Shown here one piece after another: positions 1 through 10,200 of a stretch of DNA of 52,044 bases; positions within the stretch are counted from its first letter, which is position 1, and every line of letters starts with the position of its first letter. A program made the position numbers and the translations under genes. The DNA comes from Rhizaria sp. SCN 62-66 (Eukaryota): the NCBI GenBank assembly GCA_001724265.1, contig MEDY01000307.1:1-52044 (forward strand). Direction: 5' to 3'. The notes under the pieces are model-generated. The model did not search any database and was not told where the DNA came from. It worked only from the letters and a program-made list of their open reading frames with translations.

Positions 1-505
1 AAATAAACCACGTAGTTTGATAACTTCTACGAAAGTGCGCCAAAGTCGCAAAAAAAGCGCGAAATCGCGTTTTTTAGTTGACGCTACATAGGGGTTACTC
101 ATATCTTGTTTATTTTTCTTCTTTCGCTCGCCTCCACCACACCTCCTTGCCATCGTATCTTCTCTTCGTCGTTCTTTTTCGTTCGTCTTTTCTTCGTTCG
201 TTGCGTAATGTTGTTTCATTGTGTTATATGTTCCTTGTGTCTTGTTTTTCGGTATTGGAGGGTGGGGGTGTTGCAGCAAACTACATACTAATTTTTATTT
301 CGTTTTTTCCACAGTATTGTTTCTTCGCTCATCTCAAGGCATTTTTTTCATCGTAAGGTCGTTTTCATCTGTTTTCATCGCATTTTCTTTCTTCAGCAAG
401 TTTGTTCTTGGCTAATTATTACAAATATCTAAATACAACCCAGTTTCATCGAGTACATATGGACAAATATCCGGATTCATGCTTGCACTAAATGTTCATA
501 TGAGG

Positions 506-3500
506 TTATGTGAAGATCGTGTAAAGCTCACTCATCATTGTTTCAAAAGCAGCTTTGTCTTCCGCATTCACGCTCGCAGCACTCGAGCTATGTGCATTGG
601 ACTCGGCATTACTGTTAACAGGGCCCCACACAAACTCGCTCTGCTCACGGTCACTCGCAGCCATACACTCCACCGCTTCACCCAAACTGCCGACAGCCGC
701 TTGCGCCGCAGCGCGCGCGCGCGCCAGCGGGGGCGGCGGAGGCACCGCGAACGCGCTGAGGCCGACAGCCATGGCTGCGGGGCATTCGCGGTTGCAAGCG
801 CCACATGCACTCGCGTTCGAGTAGTTGTTTTGGTGTGGTTTCAGAGCTTTCAGCAGCCACTGCAGGGCGCGGGCCTCCGTGCCAGGCAGCAGCCCCCGCC
901 TCGTGGACCCGCTGGCGGCCGCTGCAGTGTTGTCCGTGGTGGGATTGGGAGACTGCGGACACGGCAGCGGCCACAGCGCTTGCGTCGCCCGCCGCATCTG
1001 CTGCGTCACAGATACAACAGCGCCGCTGCCGCCGAGCGCATCTGCAGCGGCCTTAGCAGCGTCCGCGCTCGCCTTCGAAATCACGTCAACCGCTTTATCC
1101 GCGCCGCCGCGGCCGCAGCCGTAGCACACACTCACACCGCTCACACTCGCGCTCGCATTCGCACTCGAACTAGCGTTGCGACTGTCGGCGTCGCTCCGCA
1201 GCGCTGCGTCCGTCGAGGCGACCTGACTTTTCCCGCGCCCAGCTTGACTTTTGCGCAGCGCGGCGGTGATCGCGCGCGCTGTCTCGAGCGCTGCGGCCGC
1301 GGCGGCGGCGGTGTGCGCGCGGGCGAGCGCGGCGAGCGAGAGCTCGCGGGTCACTGCGGTCACAGACCAGAGCAAGTTGTAACCAGCAGCACCAGTACTG
1401 TTGCAGTCAGTCCTCTTCGCGGCGTCGCCGATGTCGCTGCACACGATGCCGCCGTTGTCCGCGGTGTAGCGCGCGAGGCGGGCGGCCAGAGCGAGGTCGA
1501 CGCAGCGCCACTGCTGCGGCGACAGCAGGGGCCTCGGAGGCACGGTCACAGTCGCAGCGTCGTTGTCGCCCGCTGGGTTCGCGCTGCTGGAGAGAGGCAG
1601 CGGTTTCCCGTCGATGCACAGCGTCGGCACTAGGACCGCACCGGGACCGGGGATCACGTCGGCGCCACCGAGAGACTGCTGCTGCTGCTGCTGCTGTTGT
1701 TGCGCGAGAGTGGCGGGGTGCTCTGTGGTCACAGTGAGAAGCTGATACACACGCGCAACGTGACTGTGTGTAACAGCAGCGCAATCGTCGAGACACTTGA
1801 GACTCTTGCGGCCATGGACACGACTGCCCACGCCTGACACGGCAGGGGCGAGAATCCAGCTCTTAGCAGCCCATGCTTCGGCGGCTGAGATGATGACCAG
1901 TGCAGACGCGACCGCTGCAGCCTCCGCCGCGGTCTCTGCCCCTGCTTCTGTCTCCGTCTCCGCGTCTGTTTGCGGCCCACTTGCATCGGTCACGCTACCG
2001 CCTGTGCTCAGCGTCGGCGCACCGAGAATCGCGGCGGCGGCCGCTGTAAGAGCGACGGGTCCGGCACGCGCGCTTCCAGTCGACGACGGCGCCGCAGCGG
2101 CCGCCTGGGTGAAGAGAGGAAACAGCACGGTCAGGTGCGGCAAGAACAGAGACAGAATCGCGTTGGCGGCCCACGGCGTTAAGTTACTCGCAATGTCGTG
2201 CAAGCCGGTCTCACTGTTGCTAAGCGCAGTGTTGGAGCCGGCGGCGCACTGCCGGCAGGTAACTGTGAGCAGTTGAACTCCCGTTTTGAGAGCTTTGCTG
2301 TCCCACACCCACTTACAGTAGCCTGGCTCAGCACACTTAAACTCCGCAGAGCACTTAGAGCAGATGATCGAGGTCCTCTCGTGGTCTTTGAATGTGCTGG
2401 CGTTCGCTGCATTAATGCCGTTGAAGATGATCGCCCCCTTGCACATCATCACCCACGCGTGCAGCGCCGCCAACAGCGCCAGCCGCTGTTGGTGCCGCAC
2501 AGTCTGCTCTAAGCACGCGGCGCCGCTCTTATCGCCCATACTACTCATGCTAGCTGTGCTAGCTGCGATACTATTGCCAGCGATGCTGTTGTGGGGCGAC
2601 AGGCGGGTGATGTGGGTCAGCATGATGTCGAAGTACCGGGCAAACGCCAGCGGCGTCGCTGCTATGACGACAGTGCCGGGGTCGTTCGCAGCCTTGCGTG
2701 CGATTGCAGACGCCACTGCAGCCGCGAATTCGTGACGCTCACGGTCACGGGCGCGGTCACGTTCGTTCCTATCACGGGTGCCACCCAGGTCGCTGCTGCT
2801 GCTGCTGCTGCTGCCGCTGCCGTCCGCGTCGCTGTGAACGCTCACGGGCAGGCCGAGCGTGTCCGCGAGCGGAGATACGAGCGGGCTGAACGCTAGAGCC
2901 GTCAGTTTGTCCACGGCCGCGCGGACGGCGGCGGCGGGCTCGTACCCGAGCAAGCACTCGTCAAACAGCACGCCGACGCTGTCGTCGCCACCAGAACTAG
3001 AGCTGGAGCTCGAGTTCGAGCTTGAGTGTGCGCCCGGGTTGTCACGAGGGCTCGCCTGGCGGTTGACAGAGGCAGCGACTGTGAGCAAGACGTCGTTGAC
3101 GGCTTCACTGAACCGCTGCTCACAGTCACCCTGCACACTCGCTGCCGCAGCCGCGGCCGCCGACGCTGCTGAGGTGTTTAGACTCAAAAGCGGACCCGGG
3201 ACGTAGCGCGGGAAGGGTGCGGCGGGCGAGGCTAGCGGCGGCAACGTCAGCAGCGTCAACAGAGCAAGGTACAGCTGCGGCGGCGGGCCAAACGGGGCAG
3301 CGGCGGCGGCTGGGGGATGACCGTGGGCAGCGGCGGGGAAGGGCGGCTGCGGCGGGTACTGTTGATGCTGATGTTGCTGATGCTGTTGCTGCTGCTGCTG
3401 ATGCTGATGATGCAGGGGATAGGGATGCGGCTGGTGAGGCTGCGGGTGAAGGCCTAGGTGCGGCTGCTGCACGGCGCCATGATGGGCATATCCATGACCG

Positions 3501-3862
3501 TGAGCGTACGCGTGACCGTGAGCAGGGCCAGGGGCAGGGAGAGGAGGGTGAGGAGTAACGGGTCCGTGAGCGTTGGTATGAAACCCCCCTTGCTGTTGGT
3601 GCTGGGACAGAGGGTAGGGGGCAGCGCCAGACGGGCCCGCGTAGCCAGGGTGCGGGGCGTGGGGAGCAAACAACCCGGGGTGCCCCTGCTGGTGCTGGTG
3701 CTGTGCATGGGGAGGCCAGTGCTGAGGCTGAAGCTGCTGGTGCTGCTGAGGGTGCGGCTGCTGCCATGGCTGTGCCTGCTGGCCCTGCCACTGCTGCTGA
3801 GGATGCGGGGGACCGCCAGCGTGCGGGGGATAAGGAGCTCCGTTGTATGGAGGCTGCGACAT
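506..3862 (-). CDS. 1118-aa protein with Q/H/P-rich N-terminus, possible insert-split CID-like helical domain and Cys4 zinc-binding segment; function unknown
   Basis: Uninterrupted ORF from ATG to TAA with GC-rich codons. The N-terminal ~190 aa are Q/H/P/G-rich. Motif CSKC...CRQC is present. Helical blocks QQRLALLAALHAW and AEAWAAKSWI loosely recall a CTD-interacting domain (weak, by eye). Confidence 0.7.
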   Translation of the reverse strand: MSQPPYNGAPYPPHAGGPPHPQQQWQGQQAQPWQQPHPQQHQQLQPQHWPPHAQHQHQQGHPGLFAPHAPHPGYAGPSGAAPYPLSQHQQQGGFHTNAHGPVTPHPPLPAPGPAHGHAYAHGHGYAHHGAVQQPHLGLHPQPHQPHPYPLHHQHQQQQQQHQQHQHQQYPPQPPFPAAAHGHPPAAAAAPFGPPPQLYLALLTLLTLPPLASPAAPFPRYVPGPLLSLNTSAASAAAAAAASVQGDCEQRFSEAVNDVLLTVAASVNRQASPRDNPGAHSSSNSSSSSSSGGDDSVGVLFDECLLGYEPAAAVRAAVDKLTALAFSPLVSPLADTLGLPVSVHSDADGSGSSSSSSSDLGGTRDRNERDRARDRERHEFAAAVASAIARKAANDPGTVVIAATPLAFARYFDIMLTHITRLSPHNSIAGNSIAASTASMSSMGDKSGAACLEQTVRHQQRLALLAALHAWVMMCKGAIIFNGINAANASTFKDHERTSIICSKCSAEFKCAEPGYCKWVWDSKALKTGVQLLTVTCRQCAAGSNTALSNSETGLHDIASNLTPWAANAILSLFLPHLTVLFPLFTQAAAAAPSSTGSARAGPVALTAAAAAILGAPTLSTGGSVTDASGPQTDAETETEAGAETAAEAAAVASALVIISAAEAWAAKSWILAPAVSGVGSRVHGRKSLKCLDDCAAVTHSHVARVYQLLTVTTEHPATLAQQQQQQQQQSLGGADVIPGPGAVLVPTLCIDGKPLPLSSSANPAGDNDAATVTVPPRPLLSPQQWRCVDLALAARLARYTADNGGIVCSDIGDAAKRTDCNSTGAAGYNLLWSVTAVTRELSLAALARAHTAAAAAAALETARAITAALRKSQAGRGKSQVASTDAALRSDADSRNASSSANASASVSGVSVCYGCGRGGADKAVDVISKASADAAKAAADALGGSGAVVSVTQQMRRATQALWPLPCPQSPNPTTDNTAAAASGSTRRGLLPGTEARALQWLLKALKPHQNNYSNASACGACNRECPAAMAVGLSAFAVPPPPPLARARAAAQAAVGSLGEAVECMAASDREQSEFVWGPVNSNAESNAHSSSAASVNAEDKAAFETMMSELYTIFT

Positions 3863-3875
3863 CCCTTATTTGGCT

Positions 3876-4183
3876 GATGCAAACCAGGAAGGACTGACCA
3901 AACCAAACAAAGACGACTGACCGAGCCGGGGTCGATGAGGCAAGTTGGGCTCGAGGAGCGGGACTTTTGAACAAAGCAGAAGTCGACGAGGTCACCGTTA
4001 TTAGCGCCAGTATAATATGATTAGAGTTATTTTACAATATCTGACACTATATTTAACTTATGTATCAACTGACGTTCACCAGAGCTAGATCCCACCTTGA
4101 TTTTTTCGCACTTTCGCCTCTCAGCTCACCACCGCGCCACCCTCTGAACTGGCCTTGCGCCTTCTTTCTCTACCACTTGACAG
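3876..4183. promoter_or_regulatory. Putative bidirectional promoter between head-to-head genes
   Basis: Short spacer with an AT-rich core (about 4000-4070) between divergent ATGs at 3862 (-) and 4218 (+). Each end has a pyrimidine tract plus CAG facing its gene. Confidence 0.45.
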
Positions 4184-4217
4184 TTACGTTATCAAGATAT
4201 AATACTGCTACTCCGCC

Positions 4218-7200
4218 ATGGACCCATCGTTTTTGAACGCCTCCATGGCGGCCTCGTTCGAGGACGACTACATCGAGTACCACGTATACCTCGACTGTAT
4301 CCCCGCAAGCCCTCTCCCGAACACCACCTCCACAGCCACCGCCACCGCTCCAGCGGCTTCCTCCTCAACACAGAGCGGCTCAAACCCTGGCGCAGGAGTA
4401 GCGGGCACGCTGCCCGATAGCTACGACGCCGACTCGCTTGCTCTGCCAGCGCGGCGCCAAATGCTGCCTCTGTCCGCTTGTCTGAACTCGACTCCCAGTG
4501 ACTCGAGCGCGCAACCTCAGACAACTCAGCGTCAGGCTCAGCCTCAGGCTTCTGCTCAGTCCCCGAGCACAGAGACCGTGAGTGCGCTCGAGTACCTTCA
4601 GGCCGTGCGCGTGGCGTGTCTGGACTACGTGCAGCCCTTCGTGACCGCCTACACCTGGCACATGCAGCCGTTCTCGCTCGCCGTGTGGGATCCCGCCGCG
4701 CACCTCAGGCGCACACGCAACGGCAATCTCCGCGGCGCAAGCACCGCGAGCGCCCCTTCTGGCGCCGGCCACGGGCGCGACCAGGACCCCCTGGTGGCGG
4801 GGCTGCGGAGCGCGATGGGCCAGCGGGGCGCGGCGCACACGCTCACTGGTCACAATGCCGGTGCCGGGACAACGAATGGTGCTGGAACTGCGATGCCTCC
4901 GCTGCCGACTGACCTGGACCTCACCGCCATCGCCACCGGCGCCCGACGCGCCAAAGACGCCACCTCTGGCACTAGCAGCAGTCGCAGTGCTGCGGATGCC
5001 GCCAGCGGTGGCGATGCGGCTGGGCCCTTGTCCGAGCTCGCGCGAGCCGTGTCGACGCACGCATTCCCCTGCTGCGCGCACCTGCACGGCTGCGTCCGCT
5101 TTGACAACAACCTTAATGACGAGTGGGCCGTCGTGCTCGTGCTCCTCGCGCTTACCGCGCGCTTCCCCGACCTCACCGTCGTCGTCAGCGACAGGTCCAG
5201 CGGGCAGTTTCTGCTCACCGAGGCCGCCGCGGCCGACATGGCGCGCAAACGGGCCGCAGCGATCGCCAAAGCCGCGGCCGCCAGCAACACAGATGCCGCG
5301 AACGCGATTGTGTCAGCGGCTGCCGTGGGCGGCGCTGAAGCGGTCTGTGTCAAGCCAGACGGGTTTCAGTTCCCTCAGTTCGATTACAGTCGGATTCCGC
5401 AATCTGCCGACAGCAGTCTCCGTGCCGCTGACGACAACATCAGTGTAAACGCGGGTCCCCAGACCTCTGCGGCCGCCGCCGCCCCGACGGGGCTGCCTGC
5501 GTGGTGTCAGGACCCGGAACAGACGCCGGGCCGCGTGTGGCTGCGGCGCGGGCAGGTGCAGCTGGTGCCGCCGCCGCCGACGCTGGCCGAGTCGGTCGCG
5601 TCTGCGGCCACTGCTGCCGCCGCCGCAACGAAGAGTAAAGGCGACAAGAGCGGGGGCAGTTGCGGCACGGGCCCACGCAGCGCGAGTGCGAGCGCGGCGG
5701 ATGTCGCGAACGCCAAGATTGAGATTGTCTGTGATGAGGATGACGAGCACAAGTCTGATTTAAGTCTGGCCCTTACTCCCGTTCTGCGCAGGCTCCCCAC
5801 ACTCACTATCGCAACCTCAGCGGCGGCTGACAGCCCTGCTGCTGCTGCTGCTGCTGCTGCAACTTCTTCTGCAACTTCTGCTGTAACTTCTGCTGCAACT
5901 GCCAGTGCGGCAGCTGACGCCGACGCGAGCATCGCCATTAACACCCCGGCGCTGGCCCCCGCCGCCGGGCTCGCGCTGGCGCGCGGTCCTGGCGCGCCGC
6001 TGACGCTGCCGCACCACGCGGTGCAGCGGCTGCTGCTGCAGAAGCTCGACCGCCTTGTGCGCCGCGGCGCAGACGCGCCCCGCGATCTAAGTGCCGCGAA
6101 TCTAAGTACCTCTGCCACTGCGGTCGCCCCGCGCCCCGCCGCCGACGCTGCCGACGCCACCGACGCTGTGGACCTGACTGCGCTGGCCCGCGCCGCCCGC
6201 AGCCGGCCGCTGCTGGCGTCGAACGCGCTCATGGTGCCTGTTCTGCTGCCGCAGGCGCTCGCGGCGGTGGTCGGCCGGGCGCCCTGGGTGGCCGCGGCGG
6301 CCGCGGCGGCGCTTGCTGGCGCGGACGAGAGGGACGTGCGGGCCGTGCGCGCGGCGAAGCGGTTCGTCAACGGGGAAATATACACATCCGCGCAGAACAC
6401 ACAGAGTGCGATGCACGCAGGACAGGGTGACTGTGAGCAGCAGCGCATGAGTGATTGTGATGAGCAGAGTAAGAGTCGGAAGAAGTGGTTCGACGGTATG
6501 ATCGGCGTTGTCAACAGCAAGAGCGCGAATGGCGACGTTGACACGTTTGCTGATGTGAATTGTGCAAGTTTATACCACGCCTTCTCGATTGACAACAGCA
6601 TCTGCTCACAGTCCCAGCTGCGATCGCAGTGTAGTCAGACGACTGCGCCTGCAACTCACGCAACGGCAGCTGCAACCACAACCACGTCCGCGACTGCGCC
6701 TGCGGCCGCGACTCCAGCGACGACGCCCACTGCGGCGGCCACCGAGCCCGGCGTGGAGTTCCGCTGGTGCTGGACGCGGCTGACGCACCACACGTACGCG
6801 GACCTGTGCCGTGCACACCGCGGCTGCTTCTCGCACCGCTACGCTGCCGCGCTGCCCGCCGCGCTCCCGCAGGCGCTTATGGCCAACCGGCTGCCCGCGG
6901 GCGCGCTTGTTTGCGGCTGCGCTCAACGCGATAACAGCAACAACAACAACAGTGACGTGAGTACCGGCAGCGGCGGTGACCGCGATGATGTAGTACGCTT
7001 AACGCCGTTGCTGCCAGGTTCAGGGCTTGATTACCCGACCCAAACGCTTCACGGTCGCCGCGTCGCTCTGGGCCAGTGCCACCACTTCTGGCTCGGTCCG
7101 CATCTGCTGTGCGCCGCCGCGGTGCTGCGCGGCATGCTGCTGGGCATGCACCTAGGTGCGCGACTCGCCGCGGGCGCCGAGGTGCTGTATCAGCGCGCCG

Positions 7201-10200
7201 CCGCCGTCACGGCTCGCGCCAACGCCGACTCGAACACCCGCCCAGGCTTTGACATGAGCGCAAACGGGAACACTGCTAATGGGAGTGCTGACAGCGAGGC
7301 CAGGGTGACCGTGACTAATACCATGCGCGCGATTGCCGACGCTCGGCTGGATGACAGCAGCAGCGCCGCTACCGCCGGCATCGAAGTTAAGCCGCCGCGG
7401 TGGGTGATGTACAGCGAGCTGTACAACAACATGATGCTCACAGTTACATCCTCCGGCACTCTTACCAGTCGCGGCAACTCAGAGAGCAGCTCATTCAATG
7501 CTTACTCGTCAGTGTACAACGCGTGTTTTGCCCCCGGCAGCACCAACACCCGCCGCATTCCCCGCGGTTTGCTGTGGTACCTGTCTTCACCGTCGCCGCA
7601 GTGCTCGCGCACGCTCTCGCTCGCCCCGCGGTTCGCTCTGCTGCCGATGCAGGCCGACCGCGAGCAAGGTGAGGCGAGTGAGGGTGAGCGAGGCGCGGGA
7701 GACTGTGAGCGCCTGCTGAGTGGCTGTGGCCGCGGCGAGTGGGTGACGACTGTGAGCCCCTTGGCGCAGTCACGTTCGGCGAACCTTGCCGTCGCAGCAT
7801 TCATCGACGCCTATGCACGCATTACGCAGAGAAATAAGAACCACAATAACAACAACACTTCCCCAGGCGCTGTGCCGTCATCACCACCGTTGCCATCACT
7901 GCCGTTGCAGTTGCCCGGCCTCTCCGCTGCGCTGGCGAGCAACGCGTGGGTGCGGTCGTTTCTGTCCCTGCCCATGCCGGCGCCGGTGTTCCGCGACACG
8001 GCCTACTCGACCGTGCTCCCTTCTCTCGTGTGCCGCTCGCAGCAGGCGCGCGACGGCGACAGCAGCCCACAGCCGCAGGACGCCGCCGCAGCGCCCGCGA
8101 GCCACGACTGGTGGTACCCCCTTGCGCACCCCGCGGCATCGTTCCCGCCCGTGAAGCCCCCGTCCCTCGCGCACGCGGCTGCGGTGGCGCCGCCGGCCGC
8201 GTCCGCGCTCGCGGCGGTGCAGGCGACGAGCGCGTGCGTGGCCTTATCGACGCAGCCGCTGCGGCGCAGCGCCTACCCGACGATCGCGGCCGTGCCCGCA
8301 GGCGACAGCAACACCGCGCACGCTATGCACGCGCTCACAGGTACTGTTGTCTGTGGGAGCGCGCTCACGGTTTCTGATAGGCTGTGCAGCAGTGTGCCCG
8401 ACTATAACCAACATGAGGAGCTTGATCTCGCCACCGACGAGGCCGAGGCCGCTGTCGGCGGAGACGGGGGCTCGGCCGCCGTCACCGCGGCGTTTGGCCG
8501 TTACTTGGCTGAGCCGAGCCCAGGGCTGCTTGTGGCCACTGCAGCCGCGGTCGCTTCGACGGCATTCACGTCCCGCTCAGCGAACGGCTCCGGGCCTCGG
8601 TGCCACAGCTTAGAACTGTTGCATGCTCAGAGTAGCGTCGCCCTGAGTGCACATGACGTGGCTTGTCTCCGGTCGATTCCCGAGACCACGCTTGTCGACC
8701 CGCGCGCCAGTGCTGCGCCGCTGCTGCTCTGGGGACTGGCGCAGACGGGCTACGCTACCGGCGCTAGCGATGCGGCTGCAAGTCGATGCAACGCACGCAT
8801 CAATGCTAGCAGCAACGCCCGTTCAGATGGCGGCCATGCCACTGCGACCAAGAACTCCGCGTTTGCAACTGCACACCTGGATACAGCTGCGCCTGCGAAT
8901 GCCGCGTCTACAGAGAAGAAGAACACGTTGAAGTCCTTCTACGATAGTGTGACGTTCGCGCGCGCTCACATCAATGACGCCATAGACGCGAATACTACAG
9001 CTGGTGAGAGTGGGGACAAGAAGCGCCAGTTCTGGGCGACTCTTGGCATCAACAATCACTCCCCAAAAGCCAAGAACGTGTCGACACAAGGTGCGACTGT
9101 CGCGACTGTCGCGATGGCAGATGATTATGAATGTGACAGCAGTGCGCCGAGTGGCCCCGCGGCTGCTGCTCCGAGGGCGGCTGAGGGTTGGTTGCCTTCA
9201 CACATGCGGCAGCATTCCAGCCACGGCTCAAACACTCTCGCCGACGAAACGCAAACAGGCGTTTCCCATGCAGCGTCGAAGACGAACTCTTTTAAAGGTG
9301 CGGTCAACGTAACTAGCATGTCTGACAACGATCTGACTGCAACCGCAGCGTATATTGCGCAGCAAACTAAACATTTGCTCTACAGCTCTCGCGCGTCCGA
9401 GAGCACTGGTGCGGACGCAACTGCTGAGACTACTTGCGGCGGCTCCAAATATGCTGGCAATGATGATCTTGTCGATCCGTTCGACTTCGGTGTGCTTGGC
9501 GAGCTTCTGGCTGAGATGGAGCGCCGCGCCCATAATAACGAGGCGGGCAACGATGCTGCTGACTTAGCCAGTGTTGAGAGTAACGTCGTTGACAACAGCG
9601 TCGAGGACGACGGTAATGACGAGGATGAGGACGACCAATATGATGACGAGGACGAGGACGAAAACAGCGAAAAAGAAGAAGATGATGATGGTGACCGTAA
9701 TGAGGATGAATCTGATGCCGCTCGTCGCAACAAACGTCCCAGTGGTCGCCGTGTTCGTTTTGCTAACATTAGTGATGCCGTAAATTCAAAGGATGAATCC
9801 GAGTCCGAGCCGTTGTCGAATGTGTTGGCTTCTCTGCAACGCTTTATGTCGAAGCGGAGTGACTACCGCGGCATTGTAGCTCCTTCGCAGTCTTCTGCAT
9901 CGGCCACGAATACGAATGCTACTCACATTCGTACGAGCGCTAATTCGAGTTTAGATCAGCTAGTTGCTGCGGCTCGCAAGAGTGGCGATATTTCAAAGCA
10001 CGTCGCTAGCAAGGCATCGAACAGCACCGACGCGACCGTCGCTGGTGATCGTGCCCCGAGTGATGCGGCGAGCTCTGGAGCTGCTCCAGTCACACTCAAT
10101 ACGAGTAAAGTTGCGATGCTACTCGCACAAGCGCGCTCTCGCATGTCCCAGCCAAAGAGTACTCAAGGCACGAACATCGCAGCCACCTCCACAGCTACAT

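Noticed and set aside
78-415. Short hydrophobic plus-strand ORFs at the window start, and similar ones at 30431-31239
   Set aside because: T-rich UTR-like sequence translates to F/L/V-rich peptides; no codon bias or motifs.
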